A stretch of DNA of 64,000 nt. Origin: Promethearchaeota archaeon. GTDB lineage: Archaea; Asgardarchaeota; Heimdallarchaeia; Hodarchaeales; Hodarchaeaceae. The stretch spans positions 17,723-81,722 of the forward strand of contig JBHLMN010000025.1 in NCBI GenBank assembly GCA_048938105.1, given 5' to 3'. Below, one piece after another: positions 49,631 to 59,950 of this stretch; positions within the stretch are counted from its first letter, which is position 1, and each line of letters starts with the position of its first letter. A model generated the notes under the pieces. The model saw nothing but the letters and a program-made list of their open reading frames with translations. It did not search any database and was not told where the DNA came from. The position numbers and the translations under genes were made by a program.

Positions 49631-50503
49631 TTAGCCTGTTATTTTTTCTAGGACTGGGGTCACTTTGATAGTGTGCATTTTAAGACCTGTGGTGAAATCC
49701 ATGCCCATACTAATTCCTAGTAGTTCAGGATAGATAAATACTGGAAGGTTTGTTTTATCAAACTGTTTAGCCATTAATCGTTGACCAACATCATATTGAA
49801 CGAAACAAGTTGGACAAACAGTAACAAGAGCATCGGCCTTAGCTTTTTCTGCTCCTACTATCTTCTCATGTGCCATAGCTATTGCTGTATCTTGGTTAAC
49901 ACCACGAGTTCCAGCTCCACAGCACATAAGTTTATTTAAATAAGGAACTGCTTGAGCTCCTAAAGCCTCAACCATTTCATCTAGTCTTTGAGGATTCTCT
50001 GGATTATCAGTCTGTAGAATCTCTGGAGGTTTAACGAAGTGACAACCAGTGTGAGTAGCCAACCTCACTCCCGTAAGAGGTTTCTGAACTTTAGCTGCAA
50101 TCTTGTCTATGCCTACTTCATCATACAAAACTTCAGCAAAATGTTTTACTTCAATAGTTCCCTTGAACTCACGACCAACTTCATTTAGATGTTCATTTAC
50201 CTTGTCTTTAAGGCTAGAATCGTTTTTCAACCTTGTATTACTTACTTTTAACGTTTCAAAACAACCACTGCATGCTGTAATAATATTTAGATTTGCTTCT
50301 TCTGCAAGACATAAATTCCGTGCTGCTAATGTGTACCAAGTCTCACTATCGAATCCTTGTACGCCACCAGGATCAGGACAACAAGCAAATGGTAGATCGC
50401 TGAGCTCAATGCCAAACTCTGGTAGTGTCTTACGGATTGATGTTTCAACGAAAGGAATACGATATGGTATGGTACAGCCAACGAAAAACGCATATTTTGA
50501 CAT
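49631..50503 (-). CDS. hdrB: Heterodisulfide reductase subunit B
   Basis: Two CCG domains: FVGC, ACCP, ACSGC; HTGCH, CCGAG, VCPTC. Confidence 0.93.
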   Translation of the reverse strand: MSKYAFFVGCTIPYRIPFVETSIRKTLPEFGIELSDLPFACCPDPGGVQGFDSETWYTLAARNLCLAEEANLNIITACSGCFETLKVSNTRLKNDSSLKDKVNEHLNEVGREFKGTIEVKHFAEVLYDEVGIDKIAAKVQKPLTGVRLATHTGCHFVKPPEILQTDNPENPQRLDEMVEALGAQAVPYLNKLMCCGAGTRGVNQDTAIAMAHEKIVGAEKAKADALVTVCPTCFVQYDVGQRLMAKQFDKTNLPVFIYPELLGISMGMDFTTGLKMHTIKVTPVLEKITG

Positions 50504-51012
50504 TAGTTTGTTTCCTCCTTTATCTGCTTAATATACTTCGCAGCTCCTGTCACTTCGAAAATTTTTCGTATTTCGTCAAGATTGGGCGGAGGTAACTCTG
50601 GCAACTCTAATGTAGCTCTTCTCTTCATGATCCCTTTAGAGATGGCTGCTGTTACCCCTGTTTCCATAATTGCCTCCATTTCAGCCACGATTCCTGGAGG
50701 AGCGTTCTTCATTTGTACCGCGAGGTTTTTTATTTCTGTGATGACATGTCCAATATCAATCCCTTGAGGACATCGAACACTACAAGTATAGCACATCGAA
50801 CAATACCATATCTGTTGATCATCAAATATCTGCTCTGAAAAATCCTTCATAAGTAATTTTTCCATTACTCTTCGCGGATTAAAATTAGGATATTGTCGAA
50901 ATACAGGACAGCCACCTGCGCAAGTACCACACTGATAACATAACTTTGTAACTTCTAAAAGTTCTTCAAATTTTTCAAGGAGTTCTGTTGATTCGGTCAT
51001 TTGTATTTTCAC
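50503..51012 (-). CDS. hdrC: Heterodisulfide reductase subunit C
   Basis: CYQCGTCAGGCP, WYCSMCYTCSVRCP. Confidence 0.93.
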   Translation of the reverse strand: MKIQMTESTELLEKFEELLEVTKLCYQCGTCAGGCPVFRQYPNFNPRRVMEKLLMKDFSEQIFDDQQIWYCSMCYTCSVRCPQGIDIGHVITEIKNLAVQMKNAPPGIVAEMEAIMETGVTAAISKGIMKRRATLELPELPPPNLDEIRKIFEVTGAAKYIKQIKEETN

Positions 51013-51028
51013 CCTGTGTCTAAAACCT

Positions 51029-53494
51029 TCAGCGTTCTAATTTACCCAATTTTTTGAGTGTGTTTGCCATCTGGGTTGCTGTGAGAGCAAATCTGTCACA
51101 ACTCATAAAATAGGTAGTCTGTTTTTCTAACCGCCTAGGATCAATTCCTGCATATTCGAGCATTGACTTGAGAATTTCCACACGAGTACCCGATGCTTTT
51201 GATCCGGTTTCATAATGACACTTGTCTTCATAACAACCAAGTATGATTATCCCATCTGCACCCATTGCAAATGTTTTTTGGATCATTCTTGCAGAAACAT
51301 TCCCTGTACACTGAACTGGGAGAATTCTTACGTTATGAGGATATTCTCCAGCTATAAATCCTCCACTGTCGTATTGTGCTGCTTTCAAATGCGATGTCGT
51401 CTTAGGGCGATAATTCATATTCATTCCTAAAGCATCAGTTGCAGAATATGCGCACTCCCAGCAAGCAAAGGTCACAATTATTGGGTCAGGATTGTCCTTC
51501 GCATCATAAAGCAATCCTTCGACTTGCTTAAGGATTTGATCCTCTGTATAATAATCAATATTGATCGCAGAGGCAGGACAGGAGGAAGCGCATTGTCCAC
51601 AGCCCACACATATGGTTGGACTCACTTGAACTTTGATGCCTGGATTAGCCACTTCTACAGCTTCAATTGCTCCGAATGGACAAGCAGCTATACATATCTC
51701 ACAACGGGTACATTTATCATCGTCAATCTCTGCTATTGGGAATCTTTTCTCAACGGTTCCTTTCGATAGAAGCATGTCGAGATGACTCGCAGCAAATCCT
51801 GCTCGTGTTTTTGTTGTTGGAATGTCGGCTGGAGCGATGGCTGTACCAGCTACAAATACGCCTGGTTGTTTTGTTTCTGTTGTCTTAAACTTTGAATAGA
51901 GAGATTTGAAATAACCAGACTCGTCAATGTCGATATTAAGTTTCTCTGCTAATTCTTTGACTCCAGGGCTAGCTACCATCGACATAGAGAGAGCAACCAT
52001 GTCTGTTTTGATTGCCAATAGTTCATCAGCTTGAGCATCTTCTGTGTGAACATATAAGGTAGTTCCATCACTTTCAATCTCTGCAGGACGCCCTCGGACG
52101 AATTTGACTCCGAGATCACGCGCCTTGTTGTAAAACTCTTCGTAATTGGAACCAACAGCCCTGATATCAATATAACAGCATGTCACATCGATATTAGGGA
52201 AATTCTCTTTTATTTTTATCGCATGCTTGATTCCAATCATACAACAGATATTAGAACACCAAATATTATATTTTTGTGACCGTGATCCCACACAATTTAT
52301 AATAACAAGGCTTTCTACATCACTACCATCTTTCTTTATCAATCTACCAAAGGTCGGCCCTGTTAGATCAAGTAATCTAGCCAGTTCACTTTGGGTAACA
52401 ACATTTTCATACCCAGGTGCCCCATAATGGTATTCCTCTACTAGTTTAGGATCATATTCTTCAAAACCAGTGGCCAGAATGACACCACCAGCTAATATCT
52501 CATGAGACACTGCCTTCATGCCTAGATCTATAGCATCTACTGGACATGCCTTTGCACATTCCGTACAACCATCTGGGCACTCTTCTCTGTTGATAACATA
52601 TTTTGTAGTGTTAGAATGAGGAGCAGGTAAGTGAGCTGCTTTTCGAGTTATTAATCCAAGATTCATTTCATCAGGCGTATCAACTGGGCATATATCAGCA
52701 CATAAACCACAATTCACACATTTGTCCATTTTTACATAAGTGGGTTCCGTGTTTATTGTAACTGAATAACTTCCCAGAGCTCCACTGACATTGGTCACTT
52801 CCGATTTTATATAAAGGTTGATCTTTGGATGGAGATCAAAAGCTGAACGATAGTGACATCGTCTTACACTTTGTTGATCTAATCCCGTTATTCCTACATT
52901 AGGCATACACGTAGCACAATCTTCACTTGGGAAGAAAGTCCCAAGTTTTGTAGCATTACCCCCAATATACGGATTACGGTCAATCAAGTGTACTGTATGT
53001 CCCTTTTCAGCTAAGTCTTGGGCAGCTTGAAGGCCTGCGGGACCAGCACCAATAACAACTGCAGCTTGGGATATTTCGATCTTATAGGGTTCCACGGGAC
53101 TCTTAAAGCTTGCCTTGTTAAATGCTCCTAATAGGGCTGCTTTCGCATCCCTTGTAGCTAGTTCCTTATCTTTAGTGATCCATCCTATATGTTCCCGTAA
53201 ATTCGCTCCAACAACTTGGAAAGGGGACATATTGAGTTCTTTCATCGTATCCTCGAATAAGTAACCAGCTGTCTTTGGGGTACAACCTCCAAAAACTATT
53301 GCCTCTGGTTTTTCTTTGTTTACAGTTTCTTTGAACCATATTTTCCCCTCTGGTGAACAGAGGCTTTCGTGATACACACAAAAGTTACCTTCTCCACTTT
53401 TTTCTTTCATGAAGCTTTGAAGTTCATCCCAATCAATATTCTTAAGGGAACCTCCACAATTGCATAAAAACGTACCTATCTTCATCGTACTCAC
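51029..53494 (-). CDS. hdrA: HdrA flavoprotein fused to a C-terminal MvhD domain
   Basis: LCNCG, ANLRE, GAGPAG, FPSEDC, inserted and C-terminal ferredoxins, CVGSR..WCSNICC; MvhD FACWEC..VQCTG..GC...CHY. Confidence 0.93.
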   Translation of the reverse strand: MSTMKIGTFLCNCGGSLKNIDWDELQSFMKEKSGEGNFCVYHESLCSPEGKIWFKETVNKEKPEAIVFGGCTPKTAGYLFEDTMKELNMSPFQVVGANLREHIGWITKDKELATRDAKAALLGAFNKASFKSPVEPYKIEISQAAVVIGAGPAGLQAAQDLAEKGHTVHLIDRNPYIGGNATKLGTFFPSEDCATCMPNVGITGLDQQSVRRCHYRSAFDLHPKINLYIKSEVTNVSGALGSYSVTINTEPTYVKMDKCVNCGLCADICPVDTPDEMNLGLITRKAAHLPAPHSNTTKYVINREECPDGCTECAKACPVDAIDLGMKAVSHEILAGGVILATGFEEYDPKLVEEYHYGAPGYENVVTQSELARLLDLTGPTFGRLIKKDGSDVESLVIINCVGSRSQKYNIWCSNICCMIGIKHAIKIKENFPNIDVTCCYIDIRAVGSNYEEFYNKARDLGVKFVRGRPAEIESDGTTLYVHTEDAQADELLAIKTDMVALSMSMVASPGVKELAEKLNIDIDESGYFKSLYSKFKTTETKQPGVFVAGTAIAPADIPTTKTRAGFAASHLDMLLSKGTVEKRFPIAEIDDDKCTRCEICIAACPFGAIEAVEVANPGIKVQVSPTICVGCGQCASSCPASAINIDYYTEDQILKQVEGLLYDAKDNPDPIIVTFACWECAYSATDALGMNMNYRPKTTSHLKAAQYDSGGFIAGEYPHNVRILPVQCTGNVSARMIQKTFAMGADGIIILGCYEDKCHYETGSKASGTRVEILKSMLEYAGIDPRRLEKQTTYFMSCDRFALTATQMANTLKKLGKLER

Positions 53495-54951
53495 CTTCGT
53501 TCATTCTCCCAATTTTTCAAAGTATGGGTGATCTTTCCCTTGTGATCTATGATTTGTAGTTCTGTAGCAATAACACCTGATCGCAGATAATGGGTAGCAC
53601 AACTGAAGCAAGGATCGTATGCTCGTACAATCATTTCAAGTCTATTGAGTAAACCTTCCGCTGGTTCAGCATCCACGATCAGTTCTTTAGCAGATGCATG
53701 AACAGAGCGATTTATTGCTTCATTGTTCCCTACAGTAGCAACAATTAAGTTCACGTCAGTTGTAATACCCTTTTTGTCAGTTACATAATGATGAAATAGT
53801 GTACCACGATGGGCTTCTAATATTCCGACACCTTCACCCTCACGGGCTTTAACTGGTGTTCTAAGCTTAGTTCCTGTGATATCAGGATCAGCTACTAAAT
53901 CTAAAATCGTTTCTACTGTATAAGCTAGTTCAATTATCCTTGCATAGCTATAAAGGAGCGATTTATTTGCTGGTCTGCCAAATTTACCACGAAACTCTGT
54001 GAGAAGCTCTTGAGCAATTGGTGTATCAATCTTATCAGCAGCATTAATTCTTGCTAATGGACCAACGCGGTAACAACCGTCTTCAAAAGATCGTTTCTTG
54101 TAGTATGGAAACTTCAGATAAGAATAATCTTTGATCCGTTCAGCAATTACATCTCTATATTCAGCACCCCGAAATTCCTCAAGTACTTGAGCATCAGTCC
54201 CGAGTAATCTCACCTTTCCGTTGTAAAACTCTAGTTCACCGTTGTTATCAACTAATCCCATATGCATTGTAGGATAATCACCAAGAGTATCAATAGCATC
54301 AGAATACTTATCGAAAAGCGATAATGCCAAATCTTTCGCTTCAATCAAGAATCCGCTGGCAAAATCCTTTACTTCCCTTTCGATTTTGTCCCGATTTTCA
54401 TTTGATAGAGGGTGAGCTTGGCCTCCAGGAACACAGGATACTGGATGAACTGTTCTACCACCAAGTATCTTTGTTATTTCTTGGCCTAGTTTACGAGCTG
54501 CAATTACTTTTTTCACTAGTTCAGGATTAGCCTCAAGTACACCAAAGACATTTCTTTTAGCTGGATCAGAATCTGGGCCCATCACTAGGTCAGGCGCAAC
54601 CAAGTAAAAGAAGTGTAACACGTGACTGTGGATATACGATCCATAAAGCATTAATTTCCTTAACTTAAATGCTGTTGGAGGAATATCTTCGGGTTCAAGA
54701 CCGAAAGCAGCATCAACTCCTTTTGCTGAACACATGTGATGTGGAGCATGACAAATACCACACATACGGGGAGTTATTAATGGCATCTCCTCTACTGGCC
54801 GTCCAACTAAGAATTTTTCAAATCCTCTAAGCTCAACAACTTTGACCTGTGAATCCACAAGTTTATTATTATCATCAAGGAAGAGTTTGATTTCTGCATG
54901 ACCTTCGATTCGCGTAACTGGATCTACTTTGATTATTTTGGTTGCATTCAT
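53491..54951 (-). CDS. mvhA: [NiFe]-hydrogenase large subunit (Mvh, group 3c)
   Basis: VTRIEGH, RMCGIC (L1), DPCFSCATH (L2) plus C-terminal extension. Confidence 0.93.
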   Translation of the reverse strand: MNATKIIKVDPVTRIEGHAEIKLFLDDNNKLVDSQVKVVELRGFEKFLVGRPVEEMPLITPRMCGICHAPHHMCSAKGVDAAFGLEPEDIPPTAFKLRKLMLYGSYIHSHVLHFFYLVAPDLVMGPDSDPAKRNVFGVLEANPELVKKVIAARKLGQEITKILGGRTVHPVSCVPGGQAHPLSNENRDKIEREVKDFASGFLIEAKDLALSLFDKYSDAIDTLGDYPTMHMGLVDNNGELEFYNGKVRLLGTDAQVLEEFRGAEYRDVIAERIKDYSYLKFPYYKKRSFEDGCYRVGPLARINAADKIDTPIAQELLTEFRGKFGRPANKSLLYSYARIIELAYTVETILDLVADPDITGTKLRTPVKAREGEGVGILEAHRGTLFHHYVTDKKGITTDVNLIVATVGNNEAINRSVHASAKELIVDAEPAEGLLNRLEMIVRAYDPCFSCATHYLRSGVIATELQIIDHKGKITHTLKNWENERR

Positions 54952-55856
54952 TCTTTCTTACCTTCCTTAACTTTGTTAAATTTAGTATAACCATACTGAT
55001 GCTGGTACAATATCGGTATTGGATCATTACCCATTGCTTCCATAACTTGCTCCATTGGAATATCAGTAGATAATGTTCCCAAAAATGAAGCAGCATCGAC
55101 ACCAGGATCCCGATCAGGGTTTAACGGACCGTGACATCCTCGACATGGTACTCCTACTTTCGGACATCTTGCATCGCATAATCCCCAGGTTACTGGTCCC
55201 AAGCAAATATAACCCTGTTCTAAAAAGCAACGATCTGGATCAATATCTTCTCCAGCTGATTTGTACCACCGTTTCAATTCAGTAATCTTTGTATTCTTTT
55301 TTTCTCGTGGACAGGGTTCACAAACAGATTGATTTGGTAATTCCAAAGGTTTTCCTTCTAACAGACTCATCACACCTTGAGCAATGAGTTCAGGAACTGG
55401 AGGGCAACCAGGAATTAATACATCTACATCAATGACAGAGGAGAGTGGAGCTACTTTCTCTGTTAATGGGGGAACATCATCCTGAGGTTCTCGGCCTAAG
55501 GGATTGTCTACCCCCATTGTATTGTTGTAGACTTTATCAAAAAGTTCTTCGCGTGTATACATATTTGCAAGACTGGGAGTCCCACCGAAACAGGCGCAAC
55601 TTCCTAGAGAAACAATGATTTTACAATTCTTCCGCATTTCTTTCGCTACATGAATGTTATGTTCATTCCTAATACCCCCTGTTATGATCCCCACATCTGC
55701 TGGAACAAATTCTTTCACATCAGCAAGAACAGGAGATCTTACTATTTCTGCTTTCGCTAGAACATCAACAATTGCTTCATGGATGTCTAACAGGGAAATA
55801 TGGCATCCAGAACAGACCATGAGCCATTCAGTAGCAATTCTTGCTTTACCACTCAT
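54948..55856 (-). CDS. mvhG: [NiFe]-hydrogenase small subunit
   Basis: CSGC, GSCACFGG, PGCPP, CEPCP, CFL...CLGP, CRGC. Confidence 0.93.
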   Translation of the reverse strand: MSGKARIATEWLMVCSGCHISLLDIHEAIVDVLAKAEIVRSPVLADVKEFVPADVGIITGGIRNEHNIHVAKEMRKNCKIIVSLGSCACFGGTPSLANMYTREELFDKVYNNTMGVDNPLGREPQDDVPPLTEKVAPLSSVIDVDVLIPGCPPVPELIAQGVMSLLEGKPLELPNQSVCEPCPREKKNTKITELKRWYKSAGEDIDPDRCFLEQGYICLGPVTWGLCDARCPKVGVPCRGCHGPLNPDRDPGVDAASFLGTLSTDIPMEQVMEAMGNDPIPILYQHQYGYTKFNKVKEGKKE

Positions 55857-56346
55857 TTTATGTTATCCTCGTTTCGTCTATCATCAATTAACTTTTATAA
55901 AATAACAGATATTTAAATTTAAAAAGAATATATGAATAGTTTGAGTGAGGCATTCAACTTTGGGCAATTTTAAAAAAGTTTGCTTGTAACTATTGTTAAA
56001 CTAGTTTGGATTTTATCTGAATTGTGGTTATTTTGTCACCAAGGCCTCTCTGTATTTTCTAAATGAATAAAAATTCATAAAAAAAAGAGTATAAAAAGAG
56101 TTAAATGACGAAAAACACAATTGTTATCCTCTTTTCCTCCTCATTTCTTCAGGTAAAATATCTTTATAAAGTAAATAATCAATATTTAGAAAAGTAAATC
56201 CTCTCAATAATTATCAAGGAACCTTATTTATATTGAAGATAAAAGAAGTAGGCTACAAAGTAATCAAGAAACTAGAAAACTGGACATATATTGAGTAAAT
56301 AGCTAAAGAATTAGATAGTCAATTAGAAATTATAAAAAATAAAAAG

Positions 56347-56904
56347 CTATTTCTCTACTGCTTGAGAAATCCGCTTGATAACCCCACAAGTACCACATTT
56401 ATCTTGACACTCATGCTGCTTGAATAATTTTTTACCAGAACCATTAGGAATGAAAAGCCAAAAAGGTTTATCTGAAAACCCTTCTGATTCCTTGACAAAA
56501 AAGCTATTTCGGCGTTTAACTCCTGGAAGATGACTGAGGGGGAATGTGTCAATAAAAGTGGAAATTTTTTCTCGGGAGTCAGCCACAAGACAAATTACAA
56601 GATTATACTCAAAACCAGATAGAGAAAAGATAGCTGTGACGAGGGGACAATCATAAAAGTAATCTAGGATCGCTTTCTCAGTCTGTGGATCAGTGATTTC
56701 GATAAAAGAAAGAGCATGACTAAATTTCAATGCAGAGAGATTTAACCCAATACCTTCAGAGATCAGGTTATCTTTAATTAATCTTTCATATCGTCTCTGT
56801 ACTGTCCCTTTAGCCATTTGAAGATCTTTAGCAGCTTGTGTGAAAGAACTTCGTGGGTTTTTCTGAAAGTGTTCAATAATTACTCTATCTTTGTCATCTA
56901 ACAT
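56347..56904 (-). CDS. Lrp/AsnC regulator with C-terminal Cys cluster
   Basis: LDDKDRVII..FQKNPR HTH; CPLV; CQDKCGTC. Confidence 0.85.
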   Translation of the reverse strand: MLDDKDRVIIEHFQKNPRSSFTQAAKDLQMAKGTVQRRYERLIKDNLISEGIGLNLSALKFSHALSFIEITDPQTEKAILDYFYDCPLVTAIFSLSGFEYNLVICLVADSREKISTFIDTFPLSHLPGVKRRNSFFVKESEGFSDKPFWLFIPNGSGKKLFKQHECQDKCGTCGVIKRISQAVEK

Positions 56905-56935
56905 TCAGAATCTAACCTCATCAGTTGACCTCATA

Positions 56936-58141
56936 TTACATTCGACCTGAGAGGAAACCATAGAAATAAAAAAATCTTTGGTATTTCTTAAAATAGTAGA
57001 ATAAGCGATTAGAGATGTATCCAAGCCCAAATGGGGAACGGTTATAGTTAAAATCGAAGAACATTGCGGAAGTCAGCGAAGTAAGCACTAGACATGTCGC
57101 ATGCCCATTATATTTCTCCTTAACCTCTGAAATATTTAATTTCCCCTTTAAAACGTCTTTTAGGTTATGAGCCACGGCCATCGCTTGATAATGGGCAGAA
57201 GAGCCTGCCTTTGAAACTGGAAGATTAGCAGCATCGCCAATAGCGAAAATGTGAGGATATTCTTCATTTTGAAGAGTTTTAGTGTTCACATTGACCCAAC
57301 CACTCTCATCAGCAATAGGAGTTCCTTTCAGATATGGTTGGCCAGTGTGTGGAGGAACCATAATTAGAAGGTCATACCCTATCTCATCACCTTCAAGAGA
57401 TTCAACGACCTTACGGTCAGGATGAATAGCATCGGTATTAAAGAAAGTGTGTAAGTTAATGTTCTTCTTTTTGAATTTTTTCTCAATATGGACATTTGCT
57501 TGTTCAATAGAGAAGGCTCCACCTATTGGTGAAAGATAGTGAATATTTGTTGTTTTTCTAAGCTTTTTACGTCTTAAAAAATGCTCCATCATAAAAGTTC
57601 CTTCAAGAGGAGCAACAGGACACTTGAAAGGTAAATCAGCTATCCCAATAACTACATTCTGAATATCATCTTTTCCCTTACCATTCTTTCCATTTACCAC
57701 AAAAGAATCCAGAGCCTTTCTAAGCTTATGGATACCTTCTTCATTGTAATAATGATAAGCACCCTCTTTAAATCCAGGTACGCTATCAAAATCATAATAG
57801 GCTCCAGTTGCGATAACTAAATAATCGTAAGGAATATTAGATCCACTCTTGAATGAGACAATCTTTTTGTCTACATCTAAACCCACTACTTCTTCTTTAA
57901 GGACATTTACATTCTTATTGACAACCTTACGGACTGGTTTATACATAGATTTCAAAGACTTCTCATCAAAGATATGGAAAGGTAGATCTGCTTCATAAAA
58001 AACATTTTCTTGTTTAGAAACTAAAGTAATGTCAGCTTGCTTCTTAGTTTTACGACCAAGAACATTTGCGACAATAACTCCACCGGTACCGCCGCCTAGA
58101 ATCACAACTTTTGATTTCTCTTTTTTCATAAAAATCACCAA
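56936..58141 (-). CDS. sqr: Sulfide:quinone oxidoreductase-like flavoprotein (type III-like)
   Basis: GGGTGG, KCPVAP, PPHTG, IGDA, SKAGSSAH, YNGHATC. Confidence 0.82.
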   Translation of the reverse strand: MVIFMKKEKSKVVILGGGTGGVIVANVLGRKTKKQADITLVSKQENVFYEADLPFHIFDEKSLKSMYKPVRKVVNKNVNVLKEEVVGLDVDKKIVSFKSGSNIPYDYLVIATGAYYDFDSVPGFKEGAYHYYNEEGIHKLRKALDSFVVNGKNGKGKDDIQNVVIGIADLPFKCPVAPLEGTFMMEHFLRRKKLRKTTNIHYLSPIGGAFSIEQANVHIEKKFKKKNINLHTFFNTDAIHPDRKVVESLEGDEIGYDLLIMVPPHTGQPYLKGTPIADESGWVNVNTKTLQNEEYPHIFAIGDAANLPVSKAGSSAHYQAMAVAHNLKDVLKGKLNISEVKEKYNGHATCLVLTSLTSAMFFDFNYNRSPFGLGYISNRLFYYFKKYQRFFYFYGFLSGRM

Positions 58142-58160
58142 AAAATAAAGTTAGAGAAAA

Positions 58161-58406
58161 TTACCTCATTTTTCTGACCTGAAAACGAGTGTAACCATTC
58201 TCTTCAATAATAGATATCATTTCATGAGATGCTTTAGCCACCCATTTGGGGATATCTTTTATTGAACCCGCGTCTTTACTCCAGACCTCATAGACTTTAC
58301 CAACTTCACCTTTTTTAATGGATTTAATCAGTTCCATGAGAGGGCCTGGACAGAAGGCGTTACGAGCATCCATGACTTTATCTGCTTGTACTACTTCAAT
58401 ACTCAT
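58161..58406 (-). CDS. tusA: TusA-family sulfurtransferase
   Basis: DARNAFCPGP, DIPKW. Confidence 0.9.
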   Translation of the reverse strand: MSIEVVQADKVMDARNAFCPGPLMELIKSIKKGEVGKVYEVWSKDAGSIKDIPKWVAKASHEMISIIEENGYTRFQVRKMR

Positions 58407-58419
58407 TTTTAATACCTCT

Positions 58420-58833
58420 TTAAAATGAAATTACGTGATCAGCATCAGCTGCTTCTTCAGTAAGGGTTGCAACACCTGCAACCTGATCAACAAGGGGAAG
58501 AAAATCATCTTTCGACAAATCCAAAATCTCAGCAATTTGTGCACAAACTATGATTTCCAATTCACCAATATCTTTGAGATCTTCTAGAATAGAATCCCAG
58601 AGTACTAATTTTCCTTCAGCTCTAGCTTTTTCAACTTTTTCAGTAACTTCAGGATAAGTACTGTTAGTTCGTAAATTCATAGAAGGATTACTTTTGTGCA
58701 TAGCCCAAACGGCGTCGTGCATAAAGAACATGACAACACTATGATCGTTCATGATCGCGCCAGAGGCAACCAAGGCCGCAGTCTGGAGCTTATCGAATGA
58801 ACCCTCACTACACACAATAATGTATTTACCCAT
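58420..58833 (-). CDS. DsrE/DrsH-like protein
   Basis: MFFMHDAV, IVCAQ, VAGVAT. Confidence 0.82.
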   Translation of the reverse strand: MGKYIIVCSEGSFDKLQTAALVASGAIMNDHSVVMFFMHDAVWAMHKSNPSMNLRTNSTYPEVTEKVEKARAEGKLVLWDSILEDLKDIGELEIIVCAQIAEILDLSKDDFLPLVDQVAGVATLTEEAADADHVISF

Positions 58834-58861
58834 TCTTTCTTACCTTCCCAAGAATAAAATT

Positions 58862-59371
58862 TTACATGTAAAGGGTGATATCAGCATCTTTGGCGAATTC
58901 TAGGAATGCTGCGGCACCACCAGTTTCGACACCATCAATTATATCTGATTCCTTGATGCCCATAACATCCATGGTCATTTGACAAGCAATCATTCGAACG
59001 CCACCTTCGATACAAGCTTCTCTTAATTCTTCAAACTTGGCTACATTCGCATTCTTCATCCAGCGTTTCATCATCCAAGTAGCCATCCCAGTCATCCCTG
59101 GGATCATACCAACAATATTGGGAACAGGCATTGGAGCTGCAGGGTTAGCAATAGGACTAACTTTCAACTTTTTACTACGTTTCTTATGGATTAAATCAAA
59201 ACCATAGAATGTGAAGAAAATTGCTACTTCCATATCCATAGCTGCAGCTGTTGATCCTAGAATCATAGGAGGATATGCCGCATCAAGAGTACCTTGGGAG
59301 ACGATAATTGCCATACGTTTGGGCTTCTCTTCACTAGGAAGAGTAACACTTTGAGGGATAGATTCAGTCAT
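58862..59371 (-). CDS. DsrE2-type sulfur carrier
   Basis: AYPPMILGSTAAA, IFFTFYG, MIACQMTMD, GAAAFL. Confidence 0.9.
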   Translation of the reverse strand: MTESIPQSVTLPSEEKPKRMAIIVSQGTLDAAYPPMILGSTAAAMDMEVAIFFTFYGFDLIHKKRSKKLKVSPIANPAAPMPVPNIVGMIPGMTGMATWMMKRWMKNANVAKFEELREACIEGGVRMIACQMTMDVMGIKESDIIDGVETGGAAAFLEFAKDADITLYM

Positions 59372-59389
59372 AATATCACCATTCTACTC

Positions 59390-59626
59390 TTAATTTAGTC
59401 TTCTAACAAGAAAACGATAATCTTTAGGCCCGCGTTCTTCCGCGGAAATGAGTTCCTGACCTGTGGTACGAGTCCAAGCTGGAATGTCTGCCATACTCCC
59501 AGGATCAGTAGCTAAAATTTCTAACACTTGGTTAATTTCCAAGGCTTTTAATGCCTTTTTTGACTTTAAAACAGGCATTGGACAAGACAAATTCCGTGCA
59601 TCTAATGTTTGATGTACTTCAGTCAT
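59390..59626 (-). CDS. tusA: TusA-family sulfurtransferase
   Basis: LDARNLSCPMP, ATDPGS..DIPAW. Confidence 0.92.
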   Translation of the reverse strand: MTEVHQTLDARNLSCPMPVLKSKKALKALEINQVLEILATDPGSMADIPAWTRTTGQELISAEERGPKDYRFLVRRLN

Positions 59627-59698
59627 ATCTTAATTCTTCCTATTCAGTTTTACTCATGTTTTAAACTCTTTTCCTACAAGAGATAAAAGGATGCGAGT

Positions 59699-59810
59699 GA
59701 ACAGAGTTTCCCTCTGAGTGAAAGCTATCTCCGAGAGGCTAAATAATCAGCATAAGCAGTTATTAACCCAGTAGGGGAAGTCGGTGACATAAATTAGGGA
59801 AAAGCTGTTC
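59699..59810 (-). ncRNA. Candidate structured leader RNA of the tusA-dsrE-sqr operon
   Basis: GC-enriched non-coding stretch closed by GAACAG-AG-TTTCCCT / AGGGAAA-AG-CTGTTC; no known family recognised. Confidence 0.35.
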
Positions 59811-59812
59811 AA

Positions 59813-59894
59813 TGACCAAATGGTCAATAAACTTTATAAAGATATTGCCTAAGTGGACAACTTATATGTATAAATTGTTTCCAAATGGTCAATA
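59813..59894. promoter_or_regulatory. Repeated operator CCAAATGGTCAATA around TATA elements
   Basis: 14-bp direct repeat (about 59816 and 59881); the first copy is within the palindrome TGACCA-AA-TGGTCA. Confidence 0.6.
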
Positions 59895-59950
59895 TTAGTA
59901 TATATTGTCATTATTTCCCCATTATAATATAGTTAATTCAAGCAGTTAAA

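Noticed and set aside
49631-55856. Methanogenesis
   Set aside because: Mvh-Hdr is widespread in non-methanogens; no mcr or mtr in the window
59699-59810. Fluoride, SAM-I or Moco riboswitch
   Set aside because: Only short partial matches (e.g. AACUGC..GCUGAU); required 5' elements are absent or on the wrong strand
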